Source: Deltaproteobacteria bacterium (GTDB lineage: Bacteria; UBA10199; JADGCS01). From it: a stretch of 64,000 nucleotides of DNA. The DNA is taken from assembly GCA_015228875.1 (NCBI GenBank), contig JADGCS010000003.1:20473-84472 (forward strand), written 5' to 3'. The notes below the pieces were generated by a model. The model was given only the letters and a program-made list of their open reading frames with translations. It had not been told where the DNA came from and did no database searches. Both the position numbers and the translations under genes were made by a program. Below are positions 47,061 to 57,534 of this stretch, in pieces (positions within the stretch are counted from its first letter, which is position 1; each line of letters opens with the position of its first letter).

Positions 47061-48338
47061 TTATAAAGATGACGACACGCCGATCATCTGGCACCCCATG
47101 TACCCCTGCAAGGCATCTGGCACAGTGATCGAACCATCGGCATTCTGGTAATTTTCTATAACTGCAATCAGCGTACGGCCCACAGCCAGAGCAGAACCGT
47201 TGAGGGTGTGAATAAACTGGGGCTTGCCATCATCGCCCTTAAACCGTGTATTCATGCGCCTTGCCTGAAAGGCCTCGCAGTTGGAACACGACGAGATCTC
47301 ACGGTACCTGTCTTGACCCGGAAGCCAGACCTCGATGTCGAAGGTCTTTGCCGCACCAAAGCCCATATCGCCCGTGCAGAGCACAACGGTCCTGTAGGGC
47401 AGTATTAACAGCTCCAGGACGTGCTCGGCATCTTTTGTGAGCGCTGCGAGTTCATCGTAAGAGTGCTCTGGCATGCAAAGCTTGACCAACTCAACCTTAT
47501 GAAACTGGTGTTGGCGCACAAGACCCTTGACATCCTTGCCGTACGAACCTGCCTCGGAGCGAAAGCAGGGTGTGAAGGTGCAAAATTTTTTGGGCAGATC
47601 TGTTTTTAAAAGCGTCTCGCCCCTGAAGATGTTGGTCACGGGGACCTCTGCAGTGGGGATGAGGTAGAGACCCACGTTTGTTTTAAAAAGCTCCTCTTCA
47701 AATTTGGGGAGCTGTCCCGTTCCCACCAGCGCATCCGCATTCACCATATAAGGGACAATGATCTCCTCGTAGCCGTGCTCCCGTGTGTGCAGATCAAGCA
47801 TGAACTGGATGAGCGCCCGCTCCAACCTCGCCAGCGCCCCGCGATAAATGGCAAATCGGGCACCTGTCATCCTGGCCGCCCTCTCAAAATCAAGCATTCC
47901 CGATTTTTCTCCAAGCTCCCAGTGTTCCTTTGGTTTAAAATCGAAGGTTCTTTTTTCCCCCCATTCGCGCACCGTTTGATTATCGGCCTCTGATTTTCCC
48001 AAAGGAACCGATGCGTGCGGCAGATTTGGAATCACGAGCATCGTGTCTTTAATTTTAAGCTCGATCTCCGATTGTCTTTGCCCCGTCTCTTTAACCCGTG
48101 CAGCAACCGCCTGCATCTCGGAGAGGATTTGTGAAGCATCTTTTTTTTCTTTTTTTAAGAGGGCAATCTCTTTTGATTTTGTATTTTGAAGGGCCCGAAG
48201 GCTGTCAAACTCACGCTGCACCTGTTTTCGCGATTCTTCGAGTGCGAGAAGCTCATCAAGGCACAGATCGGAGTTTCTATTTTTAAGGGCGTCTTTGACA
48301 AGATCAAGATTGCCGAGCACCCATTTGATATCAAGCAT
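47061..48338 (-). CDS. serS: seryl-tRNA synthetase
   Basis: [22 protein letters not shown]… N-terminal coiled-coil arm, class II aaRS core ([25 protein letters not shown] motif 2; [19 protein letters not shown]-term). Confidence 0.9.
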   Translation of the reverse strand: MLDIKWVLGNLDLVKDALKNRNSDLCLDELLALEESRKQVQREFDSLRALQNTKSKEIALLKKEKKDASQILSEMQAVAARVKETGQRQSEIELKIKDTMLVIPNLPHASVPLGKSEADNQTVREWGEKRTFDFKPKEHWELGEKSGMLDFERAARMTGARFAIYRGALARLERALIQFMLDLHTREHGYEEIIVPYMVNADALVGTGQLPKFEEELFKTNVGLYLIPTAEVPVTNIFRGETLLKTDLPKKFCTFTPCFRSEAGSYGKDVKGLVRQHQFHKVELVKLCMPEHSYDELAALTKDAEHVLELLILPYRTVVLCTGDMGFGAAKTFDIEVWLPGQDRYREISSCSNCEAFQARRMNTRFKGDDGKPQFIHTLNGSALAVGRTLIAVIENYQNADGSITVPDALQGYMGCQMIGVSSSL

Positions 48339-48348
48339 GGAGATTCCT

Positions 48349-49884
48349 TTACTCTTCGAGAAGTTTAACCCTGTCCTCAAGGCTCATCTGCATCACCGCA
48401 TTGGCATCGCTGTGATTAATTTTAACCAGGGATTTTTCGAGATCAAAATCTGGAGAAAACTTTGGAGTGTGGCAGGACACGCAGGATTTTTTGGTGGCCT
48501 CTTTTTGTGCCGTCTTGTCTTTTTTGGACACATGGGGGCCTCCCCTATCGTGACAGTTTTCGCAGGTCACATTTTGAAACCAGGGAGGCACACGCACAAT
48601 TTCCTCTCCTGTTTTTGGATTTTTGATCGACTTAAAACCGCCCTCTGTATTGAAACCCACCGTGTGACAGCCGACACAGGCGGGATTGACGTCTTCACCC
48701 CTGATTTCAAGGGTTCGCCAGGCCCGGGCATGCCTTGTTACCGCCCATGAGGTATATTCTTTTTGATGACAGATGGCGCACGCATCAACCCCGCTGTATT
48801 TTTTTTCGTCGAGCTGGGGTTGATTCTGGATCCCCAGAATGTCCCTTAACAGCGTCAGGTAATTATTGTCCATGTTCTCCGAGTAACCTGTCCCATGCAG
48901 ACGAATAAGGCCTTGCCTGTCGATCACAAAATTTTCTGGAACAGCCCCTTCGTCGGAAAATAATTTTCTGATCTCTCTTTTGGGATCAGCAATGATCGGC
49001 CATGTGTACTTAAAAGAGTCATAGAGCTTTTTTTCCTCGCCCTCAAGTGCCACGGCGGAGACGGCAATCACTTCTAAACCCTTAAGTTTAAACTCGGGGT
49101 AAATTTTTTCGTTTAAAAATTTCATCTCGTGCTGGCAATGAGGACAGCGCGGCGAAAAAAACAACACAATGACAGCCTTTCCCCTGTAGGAACTCAGTTT
49201 AATCTCCTTGCCGTCTACTGTTTTTGCGGTAAATTCGGGGGCCGCAGGGCGGGTGCCCAGTTCTGGATGCCTCGCATCGTATGCCTTGATGCTTAAATTT
49301 TCCCTGAGATAATCGAGAAATATTTTTTCACCACCGGCCATACCGGAAAAGGCGTAGCGCTTGATTCCAAATGAAGGTTTGTGATCCTTTGCAGAGAGAC
49401 CCACAAGGCACACCTCGTGTTCCACATTAAATCTCTCGGCAATTTTAAGCGCGGCATCTTCAAGGATCACGGGAAAATCGATCTGTTGAATCTTTAAAAA
49501 ATCACCGATTTTGTCCCTGTCGTTGTAATCGATATTAACAAGAAATATTTTGAAATTGTATTTTTGCTCAAAGGGCTTGAGTTTTTTTAGCGCGATCAGC
49601 ATATCCATCGCGTCTTTGTGCTTGATGCTAAAGAAACCCAGGATCAGCCTTTGATCCTGATACCGGGCAGAATCAAACAGCGCGCCATCAAGCATCTGCG
49701 CGCCAAAAGGCTGGTCGGCCTCCGCCTGCGGTCCATCGGGCTGCATTTTACCCTTGTCTGCAGTCATGGCGGGTTTGTGCGACGTGTCGTTTTTTGCGCC
49801 GTCTGTCGCCTTTCCCTTTGAACAGGCCCAAAGACACAGGGTCATCATGATCAACCAGATAGTAAGGTAAGTGTTTCGTTTCAT
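48349..49884 (-). CDS. lipoprotein fusing two thioredoxin-like (TlpA/ResA-type) domains to a C-terminal tetrahaem cytochrome c domain
   Basis: Signal [21 protein letters not shown]; redox Cxx[14 protein letters not shown]; four CxxCH: CAICH, CVGCH, CENCH, CVSCH. Confidence 0.7.
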   Translation of the reverse strand: MKRNTYLTIWLIMMTLCLWACSKGKATDGAKNDTSHKPAMTADKGKMQPDGPQAEADQPFGAQMLDGALFDSARYQDQRLILGFFSIKHKDAMDMLIALKKLKPFEQKYNFKIFLVNIDYNDRDKIGDFLKIQQIDFPVILEDAALKIAERFNVEHEVCLVGLSAKDHKPSFGIKRYAFSGMAGGEKIFLDYLRENLSIKAYDARHPELGTRPAAPEFTAKTVDGKEIKLSSYRGKAVIVLFFSPRCPHCQHEMKFLNEKIYPEFKLKGLEVIAVSAVALEGEEKKLYDSFKYTWPIIADPKREIRKLFSDEGAVPENFVIDRQGLIRLHGTGYSENMDNNYLTLLRDILGIQNQPQLDEKKYSGVDACAICHQKEYTSWAVTRHARAWRTLEIRGEDVNPACVGCHTVGFNTEGGFKSIKNPKTGEEIVRVPPWFQNVTCENCHDRGGPHVSKKDKTAQKEATKKSCVSCHTPKFSPDFDLEKSLVKINHSDANAVMQMSLEDRVKLLEE

Positions 49885-50103
49885 CCCGTCTGTCTATAAA
49901 ACTTTGCCCAACAAATCAACTACACTCAAACTACACTTGGTTTACCATTATGTGACTTGAAGTCTTAATAAATGAGTCAGGGTTCCGCAGAGAACCCTGC
50001 AAATAAAACGACAGGTTTGACCCCTCGTTTTTTTTTTGATACTCGCGCACATGCTCTGCCTGTGTCTTACACATGCAGATCTTATTTTAAAAAGGACGTG
50101 ATC

Positions 50104-51546
50104 ATGAAAAAGTTGTTCGCAACCGAGGACTGGTGGGCGGTGTGGCTGGGGTTGGTTATTGTGGTCCTTGCCTTGCCCGTTGCCTTTGGCACTGACCTGC
50201 TCGGCTGGGTTGTCAAGACAAACGTGTGGCTCGATCCTGCAAAGGCCTTTACAGCCGCGTCAAAGACGTACGCGGAAATACCCGGGCTTGTCAGTTTGTT
50301 TCTCACCTATCTGGTCATGACGGCACTGCTCGGCATGGGCTCCTTCGTCATGCGGTTTTCTCTCAAACGCTTTCTGGCAGGGTTTGGCGTGATCTTCTGG
50401 ATCAGTGCCGTCTGCTGGTTTGTGGGTCACTATGCCTACATCGCACAGACACCGGACAAACTCGAAGCCACAGGCATTGGCTGGTCCCTGGGGCTTACCG
50501 GCGAGGCCGGTTTTATTGTGGCCCTGCTTGCGGGTCTCGCGATCGGAAATCTTTCACCAAGACTCACCCTGTGGCTCAAAGAGGCGTGCCGCCCCGAATG
50601 GTACATCAAAACAGCCATCGTCATCCTTGGCGCCTCCCTCGGCATCAAGGCTGCGGGGGCTACCGGGCTGATGACAACCATCATGCTGCGAGGGCTTGCT
50701 GCCATCATCGAGGCCTATCTTGTGTATTGGGCCGTTGTGTATTTTGTCGCCAGAAAATATTTTAAATTCAGCCGTGAATGGGCCGTGCCACTTGCCTCAG
50801 GGATCTCTATCTGCGGTGTTTCTGCCGCGATAGCAACCGGGGCAGCCATACGTGCCAGGCCAGTCGTGCCCATCATGGTTTCTTCTCTGGTTGTTGTCTT
50901 TGCGGTGGTTGAGCTGATTATCCTGCCCTTTGCAGCGCAGACCTTTCTCTCACACGAACCCATGGTCGCCGCGGCATGGATGGGGCTGGCCGTCAAAACC
51001 GATGGTGCTGCTGTTGCGAGCGGGGCCATTACCGATGCACTCATCCGCGCCAAGGCCGCCGGGTACGGTGTCAACTGGGAACCCGGCTGGATGCTGACCA
51101 CCACAACCACCATCAAAATTTTTATTGATGTCTTCATCGGCTTCTGGGCCTTGATTCTGGCCATTGTCTGGGTGTACGCCATCGACAAAAAGCCCGGCGA
51201 AAAGGTGCAGCTTAAAGACATTGGCCAGCGTTTTCCCAAATTTGTCTTCGGTTATTTTCTGCTTTTTCTGCTCACATTTGCGGTGGCTTTGGCGTGGCCC
51301 CAGGCAATCAGTGGTCTTAAAGACGCCACGGGAGAGGCCGATGTCTTTCGCGGTCTGTTTTTTGTTGTGACTTTCTTTACCATCGGGCTCAGCGCCAATT
51401 TTAAAAAGCTATGGGCCGAAGGGATCGGCCGCCTGGCACTTGTCTACGTTATTTGTCTGTTTGGTTTTATTATCTGGGTCGGGCTGGGGATATCATGGTT
51501 GTTCTTTCACGGTGTGTTTCCACCCCTTGTCAACGGAGGATCATAA
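50104..51546 (+). CDS. polytopic integral membrane protein (putative transporter, family unassigned)
   Basis: ATG 50104 with AAGGA RBS; ~12 predicted TM helices; 480 aa. Confidence 0.55.
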   Translation: MKKLFATEDWWAVWLGLVIVVLALPVAFGTDLLGWVVKTNVWLDPAKAFTAASKTYAEIPGLVSLFLTYLVMTALLGMGSFVMRFSLKRFLAGFGVIFWISAVCWFVGHYAYIAQTPDKLEATGIGWSLGLTGEAGFIVALLAGLAIGNLSPRLTLWLKEACRPEWYIKTAIVILGASLGIKAAGATGLMTTIMLRGLAAIIEAYLVYWAVVYFVARKYFKFSREWAVPLASGISICGVSAAIATGAAIRARPVVPIMVSSLVVVFAVVELIILPFAAQTFLSHEPMVAAAWMGLAVKTDGAAVASGAITDALIRAKAAGYGVNWEPGWMLTTTTTIKIFIDVFIGFWALILAIVWVYAIDKKPGEKVQLKDIGQRFPKFVFGYFLLFLLTFAVALAWPQAISGLKDATGEADVFRGLFFVVTFFTIGLSANFKKLWAEGIGRLALVYVICLFGFIIWVGLGISWLFFHGVFPPLVNGGS

Positions 51547-51547
51547 C

Positions 51548-51709
51548 ATGTCTCATGCACAACACACGGATCAAGAAATCGAAAAAAAACTGGCCCAGGA
51601 AATGGCGGCCATCCCCTACGAGCCGCTCCTCCCCATCGAAAAAAAACTGATCGCATGGAGTCTTGTCATTGGGGTGAGTCTGCTGCTCGTGCTCATGTGG
51701 GTGGTTTAA
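51548..51709 (+). CDS. small single-TM protein (53 aa) immediately downstream of membrane protein
   Basis: MSHAQHTDQEIEKKLAQEMAAIPYEPLLPIEKKLIAWSLVIGVSLLLVLMWVV; ATG 2 nt after upstream stop. Confidence 0.4.
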   Translation: MSHAQHTDQEIEKKLAQEMAAIPYEPLLPIEKKLIAWSLVIGVSLLLVLMWVV

Positions 51710-51711
51710 AA

Positions 51712-52419
51712 TTATTCCCTTTTCGTTCCCCAAAAAAACATCGTGTGCGACTCGTTTGCCGCCACGATTTTATTTGTCTGCGGCAAAAAACCACCGGACC
51801 TTTTGATGCTGATGTGATTCTCCCCAAGGATCCCCTCAATCTCGTTAAAATCAAACCACGAGTGATGGGGATCGGGATCAAGACGTCCTGACGTAAACTC
51901 ACACCACCCGATATTTTTTGTGGTGAGAAAGATCTGGCCAGGGGCCTTGAGCCTCAGGCACAGGGCCCCTATAAAATCCGCCGGTCGGTGGCCGCATTGT
52001 TGCAGCGTCCCGATAGAGGTCACAAGGTCAAACCTCTGCCCGTCATCGGCAAGGGAAACAAGGTCGTCAGCAAAAAATTTTACATGGCCTGCAAGATTTT
52101 TTGACCGCGCCTCTTTGATAAGATCATTCACCGCGTCCACGCCAAACCTGTAAGGGACAGCGATCCCCGCCTTGTCCACATACTCAAATAACGCTCCTGT
52201 GGAACAGCCTGCATCGAGCCAGGTGTTGACACGCTGCCAGTCAACCAGCAAGTGACAGAGTTTAAAGCGGTTGAGCATGCTCTGATGACTTGACCACTTT
52301 GCCTTTTCGTAATCATTTTTTTTAAGACTGGCCTCGCGGTACTCCGCAATCACACCCTTGATGCTGATGTCCCTGTACTGTGACTTTGCGGGCGTCTGTT
52401 TTTTTTCTTTTACGGCCAT
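51712..52419 (-). CDS. class I SAM-dependent methyltransferase
   Basis: Motif I LDAGCSTGALFEYV; 235 aa. Confidence 0.65.
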   Translation of the reverse strand: MAVKEKKQTPAKSQYRDISIKGVIAEYREASLKKNDYEKAKWSSHQSMLNRFKLCHLLVDWQRVNTWLDAGCSTGALFEYVDKAGIAVPYRFGVDAVNDLIKEARSKNLAGHVKFFADDLVSLADDGQRFDLVTSIGTLQQCGHRPADFIGALCLRLKAPGQIFLTTKNIGWCEFTSGRLDPDPHHSWFDFNEIEGILGENHISIKRSGGFLPQTNKIVAANESHTMFFWGTKRE

Positions 52420-53381
52420 AAATGCAGGGTCACAAGTGACGATACAAACTTAAGCCCCATCTTTCTGTAAAAATTAAGTGCGGGGTAGTTGTTGGTCTGC
52501 GTCCCCACCTCGAGGATGTTAAAGTCATCGGCATAGTGTTTAAAAAAAACTTTAAAAAGCGAGTGCGCCACCTTTTTGTCCTGATACTTCGGGTGAACGG
52601 CGATGATGTTGAGATAGCCAAACTTGAGCCCCGGCCCCTGGGACAGTGCCCTGTCCCGTTCGCAACAGATCACACCCACAGGAACCCCCTTGTGTTTTGC
52701 AATCACCTTGCAGGTCTGCGGGTTATTTAAATGACTCTCTACAAGCCGTTTGTAAAAACGCGTCTTAAGCCTCTCCGTCATGCGGGTGTCGTTGTAAATA
52801 CGCCCCGTGACAAAGGCGTCCCTGGCAAACGCTGCTGTCTTTGATACATCACCGCTGCTTAATCTTTGCGCCGCTGTAAAGACAATCCCTCGGACAGATT
52901 GGGTACCCTTTAAGGCAGGCATATTTGGTGTGGCAATAAGGATATTGAGCGTGTCCACCACCTTAAAGCCGTGGCCCTGCAAGAGACTGAGCAGATCCTT
53001 ATTGTTGTCCGAGATCCGGACGGTCAGGAGTTTGATCCCCTGTTTTTTTGCCATGCGAACAATGTGGGCAAGGAGCGCCGCAATGGTAGCAGTTTCTGTG
53101 CCACAGATGTCAGCTACGGAGGCCACACGAAAACCAAATGTCCGGCGGTCCCACGCATTCTGCCGGAGGGTCAGAATGGACTTGAGCCCTCCCCCTGTTT
53201 CCAGACCAACAAGGCCGCGTGTGTTGTTAATGATCGTGCCTGCCTTGCGGTCCTTAAAATCGGGAGTGATGCTGCCAAGGTAATTCTGGTAATCGTGTTT
53301 GAAATACATACCCGCAAAGGCCTTAAGGTCGTGTCGTTTGGCGAGTGCAGCGTCTTTAATCATGCGGGTCTGTTGTACCAT
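52410..53381 (-). CDS. two-domain GNAT-family N-acetyltransferase (WecD-like)
   Basis: C-terminal GNAT core LNIIAVHPKYQDKKVAHSLFKVFFKHY…LNFYRKMGLKF; 323 aa. Confidence 0.5.
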   Translation of the reverse strand: MVQQTRMIKDAALAKRHDLKAFAGMYFKHDYQNYLGSITPDFKDRKAGTIINNTRGLVGLETGGGLKSILTLRQNAWDRRTFGFRVASVADICGTETATIAALLAHIVRMAKKQGIKLLTVRISDNNKDLLSLLQGHGFKVVDTLNILIATPNMPALKGTQSVRGIVFTAAQRLSSGDVSKTAAFARDAFVTGRIYNDTRMTERLKTRFYKRLVESHLNNPQTCKVIAKHKGVPVGVICCERDRALSQGPGLKFGYLNIIAVHPKYQDKKVAHSLFKVFFKHYADDFNILEVGTQTNNYPALNFYRKMGLKFVSSLVTLHLWP

Positions 53382-54487
53382 TAAACGAGTCCCTTCATTT
53401 TTATAAGCAGCGCATCGAGGTATTGATTTTTACCAATCTCCACGTCGCGTGCTTCCTTTGTATCAATGTGGCTGGACTCGATCAAGGCGGCAATCTGTTG
53501 CCTTCTCCTTGCAATGTCCTGAACCCACTTGGCATCGCACACCGAACAGAGCTTGCCCGTGTCTTCGATCGGCGTGTAGACCTTATCGATCAAGGCCCTG
53601 CGAAAAGCCTGTGCCCTTTCGTTGTTCCAAAGGACATGGTAAGGCGCTTCACTCACGTTGCCAAGGACATGAATAGACTCCCAGTCAATCGCGCACAGAG
53701 ACACATTGCCGTTTGGTCTGATGAGCAGACGGTCAAAGCCATTGATGCAGATCGGAAGTTCATCGGGACTCGTAAGCTCGTGGTATCTTCTTTTAATAAA
53801 CTTGGTTTCGTTTTTTATATCAAGCCCGCCCTGAAAGTTGAGCATGTCGCTCGTGTAAATGACATGAACCGGCAGATCACTGAAATATTCAAAGACCGTC
53901 GTCCTGCTCCCCAAGGCCATCTCGGTATTGACCGTTGAAATATTCACATAAACAGGGAGACCGCGTTCGTAATTCAGTCTCAGAAATTTAAGGATGTTGC
54001 CAAGCGTTTTTTTGAGCCTGGCGCCCTTTCTGAGTTTTGGGTAGACAGCGGGATCAACCGTATCAACAGAAAGCGCAAGCCGGTCCACCCTGTGCTTGAT
54101 GAGGCAGTCCATCACCTGATCGGTGAGGAGTGTGGCGTTGGTGATGATGTTGAGAAAAAAACCGGCGTCCTTTACCCTCTCGATCATCTTGAGGACTTCC
54201 TTATGAAGCAGCGCCTCACCATGATTGCCAAAGGTGATCGTCGAGGCGCGGCCTTCGGCCTGGGAGAGGATCTCGTTAAATGTTGCCATCGTCATGTCGG
54301 GGAACGGCTTAAATTTTTTGATGCTGTGAAAACACGAGGCGCACTTTATGTTGCACCTGTTGGCGATATCGACATCAAGGGCATCAGGCAGATAAGGCAC
54401 CACAGGGCATGGGTGCTTAAGAAATTCAAGCTGATTCTTAAAAAAATCAACCTGCATCTTTTTTTGTTTGGCGTTACCCCAGTGCAT
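53381..54487 (-). CDS. radical SAM protein with C-terminal SPASM-like Cys motifs
   Basis: CNIKCASCF (CxxxCxxC); C-terminal CSVCDAKW; start taken at internal ATG to limit overlap with WbqC-like gene. Confidence 0.65.
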   Translation of the reverse strand: MHWGNAKQKKMQVDFFKNQLEFLKHPCPVVPYLPDALDVDIANRCNIKCASCFHSIKKFKPFPDMTMATFNEILSQAEGRASTITFGNHGEALLHKEVLKMIERVKDAGFFLNIITNATLLTDQVMDCLIKHRVDRLALSVDTVDPAVYPKLRKGARLKKTLGNILKFLRLNYERGLPVYVNISTVNTEMALGSRTTVFEYFSDLPVHVIYTSDMLNFQGGLDIKNETKFIKRRYHELTSPDELPICINGFDRLLIRPNGNVSLCAIDWESIHVLGNVSEAPYHVLWNNERAQAFRRALIDKVYTPIEDTGKLCSVCDAKWVQDIARRRQQIAALIESSHIDTKEARDVEIGKNQYLDALLIKMKGLV

Positions 54488-55235
54488 GGACCTCCCTTGC
54501 AAGTTTAAGGACGTCCTTTTTTGTCGCGTTGCCCTGCACGATGATCTCGCCAGAGTCTGGCCCGTGATTAAACAAAAGATCAACAATCGAGAGGTGTGAG
54601 ACAAAACCACCGAGGTTTTGGGTGTATGCCGGGTGCTGGTAGCTCTGGTAATAGACCTTGATGTGATTATTTTTAAACGGGGTCTCGTCTATGTAATCCC
54701 TCCCCTGACAACCCGTGACGCAAAGGTCTGCCTTAAAACGAAGGCAGTGCTCCAAAACCCTCCCTGATTTTTTTTTGGCAAACCCAAGCTGCGATTCTTT
54801 TTCTACCCTTACCTTGATGCCAAGGGCCTCTATAAAAAATCCAAGCTGGTGAAAATTAAGGTCCGAAAGAAGCCCCCACTCCCTGTTAAAATACATGTCA
54901 TAAAAAAAATCGGCGTATCTTTTAAAGTAGGGGGTTTGTGTGTAGTGGCACCTTAAGGTCTCCCAATGGATGCGTGGCCAGTCAAATTTTGTGCCCGCCT
55001 TTGAGCGGTCGATGTGGATATCCTTGATGAGCCTGGACGCGCTGTGTTTGAGGTCAACGGGGACCGTCATCCAGAACGCGCCATTGGCCGTCTTGATACG
55101 GTTTCTGTTGTTAAAATCCCGCGTGAGGTACTGCACATCATCCATGTAGATAAAAATATCGGCAAGGCCAATCTTGTGAAAGAGTCCAATCCACGGGAGA
55201 TAGGCCGGTTGATGTCCGGTGATGATGGTTGTCAT
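54474..55235 (-). CDS. WbqC-family protein
   Basis: MTTIITGHQPAYLPWIGLFHKI… matches WbqC-like N-terminus (HQPxYLPWxGxF). Confidence 0.7.
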   Translation of the reverse strand: MTTIITGHQPAYLPWIGLFHKIGLADIFIYMDDVQYLTRDFNNRNRIKTANGAFWMTVPVDLKHSASRLIKDIHIDRSKAGTKFDWPRIHWETLRCHYTQTPYFKRYADFFYDMYFNREWGLLSDLNFHQLGFFIEALGIKVRVEKESQLGFAKKKSGRVLEHCLRFKADLCVTGCQGRDYIDETPFKNNHIKVYYQSYQHPAYTQNLGGFVSHLSIVDLLFNHGPDSGEIIVQGNATKKDVLKLAREVHALG

Positions 55236-56293
55236 GTCACATCCTTAAGCAGGATCATCTGGTCTTTTTTAATGTCACGATTAAGGCATTTTCCGATAAT
55301 CCTGTCGCGCTCGCAGGGTTTAAGCCCGTGCCCCGGCCTCTTGTACACTATGTGCGCCTGCGTGAGCTTAAGGCCCTTTTTAAGATCCAGGGCGGCCACA
55401 ACACTGCGGCGGTGTTTAAGCCTCATCTCGCACTCGGACGGCGCAGGGGCGATTTTGGGATCGCCCAGTATTGCCTCGGTCTCCCTGATGGCCTCAATAT
55501 ATTTTTTGAGTGCGTTTGGAGGAAGCGAAAACCGATGGTCGGGCCCCTTTAAGGTGCGTGACAGAGTGATGTGTTTCTCGATCACGCGCGCCCCCAGCGA
55601 GACCGCAACAACAGCCGCGTGCGTCCCCTCTGTGTGATCTGAGTAACCTGTCAAGACCCCGTACCGATCATGCAGGGACACAAGCCTTAAAAGATTGGCC
55701 TCGTGATGCGGTGTGGGGTAAAGCGACGTGCAGTGAAGAAGGATCACATCTTTGTGGTTGCGCCTTGTAAATATTTGGAGCGCCGTGTCGATCTCATCTT
55801 GATCTGCCATCCCCGTGGAAAGAATCACCGGTTTGCCGATCTTTGCAACACATTCTAAAAAATCGATGTTGATGAGGTCCTCGGAGGAAATTTTAAAAGC
55901 ATTTACCCCCAGCTTGTCCAGAAACAGCGCGGATTCACTGTCGCAGGGTGTGGACAGGAAACCAACCCGTCTTTTTTTGCAATGCCGAATGGTCAACTCG
56001 TACCAGTCAAGCGGGAGCTCCAGCCTTTTAAACATGGCGTAGGTTGTCTCGGTGATCCTCTTTTTGCCGTGCCTGTAAGAATATCGCGCGGTACGGTCCG
56101 CGATAAACTCGTCCGTGCGAAAGGTCTGAAACTTGACGAATGCAGCCCCTGCGTCGGCCGCCACATCAATGAGTCTGAGGACGTATGGAAAACGGGCATT
56201 GTGATTAATGCCGGCCTCTGCAATCACGCAAACAGGGGCATTTTGCGCAATGCTCACTTGGCCGATCTGAACCTGATGATTAAAACAGTCCAT
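55232..56293 (-). CDS. N-acetylneuraminate/pseudaminate/legionaminate synthase family (NeuB/PseI/LegI-like) with C-terminal SAF domain
   Basis: PVCVIAEAGINHN…FVKFQTF TIM-barrel signature; C-terminal antifreeze-like domain. Confidence 0.8.
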   Translation of the reverse strand: MDCFNHQVQIGQVSIAQNAPVCVIAEAGINHNARFPYVLRLIDVAADAGAAFVKFQTFRTDEFIADRTARYSYRHGKKRITETTYAMFKRLELPLDWYELTIRHCKKRRVGFLSTPCDSESALFLDKLGVNAFKISSEDLINIDFLECVAKIGKPVILSTGMADQDEIDTALQIFTRRNHKDVILLHCTSLYPTPHHEANLLRLVSLHDRYGVLTGYSDHTEGTHAAVVAVSLGARVIEKHITLSRTLKGPDHRFSLPPNALKKYIEAIRETEAILGDPKIAPAPSECEMRLKHRRSVVAALDLKKGLKLTQAHIVYKRPGHGLKPCERDRIIGKCLNRDIKKDQMILLKDVT

Positions 56294-56301
56294 CGTTATA
56301 A

Positions 56302-56390
56302 CATAACCCGCACAAAGCTGAAAACACTACGCGGTCTGGCACATCGTAAAATATTGTTGCCGAAACGCGTAGAAAAAACCTACCTAGTCC
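56302..56390 (+). repeat. R1 repeat, copy 5 (diverged centre)
   Basis: CATAACCCGCACAAAGCTGAAAACACTACGCGGTCTGGCACATCGTAAAATATTGTTGCCGAAACGCGTAGAAAAAACCTACCTAGTCC. Confidence 0.75.
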
Positions 56391-56486
56391 TTCGACAACT
56401 TAATTTTTATCTTTCTAGATTGCTCAGGACTAGTGCTGAGCGTTTAATAATTTTCTAATAAAGAAAATTATTAAATTGTCGAAGCA

Positions 56487-57326
56487 CTAGGTTCCGATAA
56501 AGGATTTAAAATTACCGGCATAAATTTTTTTATTCAGCCCCTTGTCAAGTTTGAGTGCCTCGAATTTTTTGATCACTGCCCCCTGACTGTGGTCGGGCTG
56601 AAACGGAAAGTCCGTGCCAAAAACAAGGTGATGCGGCTCCAACACTTGGGAGGCAAGTCCTACAAGTCGCATGGACTCTGGAACAGATGTAATAAAACGC
56701 ACATTGTTAAAATACTTTTTAACCGGTCCATAGGTGTAATGAAAACAGAGGAGCCCACCAAGGTGCGGGGCCAGGACCTTGAGTTCGGGATGCCTTTTAA
56801 TCAACGCAAAGAGGTCTGCAGGGCCATCGCCCTGTGGTGCGCCAAGCACATAACTCACATGGGGAAGCAGCAGCATCTTGTTTTTAACAAGACACTCGGC
56901 AAAGGAAAAAAAAACCTTGCTGCTTAAAGACACACCCTGCCACGCAGGAATAACCTTGACACCAAGAAAGCCGTAATCGTTTTTAAATCTTTGAACCGCA
57001 TCGCGCGATTTTTTTTTATTGACCAGATTGACAATGCCAAGCCCATACAGCCTGTCGGGGTAACGCCGGCACGACTCATATATATAGCGGTTGTTCTGCT
57101 GGTTGAGTGCGTCATCGCAAAAGGGGAGTCCCATGATGAGAGAACTGCCAATGCGGTTTTGATCCATTGACCGGATGAGCGCCCCTGTGGTTGCAAGTTT
57201 CAGGGCCTTTTTGCCGTCGGGGTGTGTGAGGATGGCTCGTCTTAAAAAGGGTTCTCGACCGGGACGCATCCCCATCTCTTTGGTGATTTCGGGTGAAATC
57301 AGATGAACCTCGGCATCGATAATCAT
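56487..57326 (-). CDS. amidohydrolase-2 family (TIM-barrel metal-dependent hydrolase)
   Basis: MIIDAEVHL… N-terminus and GTDFPF C-terminal motif typical of PF04909. Confidence 0.6.
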   Translation of the reverse strand: MIIDAEVHLISPEITKEMGMRPGREPFLRRAILTHPDGKKALKLATTGALIRSMDQNRIGSSLIMGLPFCDDALNQQNNRYIYESCRRYPDRLYGLGIVNLVNKKKSRDAVQRFKNDYGFLGVKVIPAWQGVSLSSKVFFSFAECLVKNKMLLLPHVSYVLGAPQGDGPADLFALIKRHPELKVLAPHLGGLLCFHYTYGPVKKYFNNVRFITSVPESMRLVGLASQVLEPHHLVFGTDFPFQPDHSQGAVIKKFEALKLDKGLNKKIYAGNFKSFIGT

Positions 57327-57402
57327 ATTAAAAATCCCCGTTCGTCCCAATCATAGACCCTCATAACGTGCAATGACAAGAATAATATCGATTGCCCCCT
57401 CT

Positions 57403-57491
57403 CATAACCCGCATGAAGCGAAAGATACTACGCGGGCCGGCTCCTCATAAAATATTGATGCCGAAACGCGTAGAAAAAACCTACTTAGGTT
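57403..57491 (+). repeat. R1 repeat, copy 6
   Basis: CATAACCCGCATGAAGCGAAAGATACTACGCGGGCCGGCTCCTCATAAAATATTGATGCCGAAACGCGTAGAAAAAACCTACTTAGGTTC. Confidence 0.8.
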
Positions 57492-57534
57492 CTAAAATTG
57501 ATCTTTCAACGGCATTTGTCTATGACTTAAAAAA

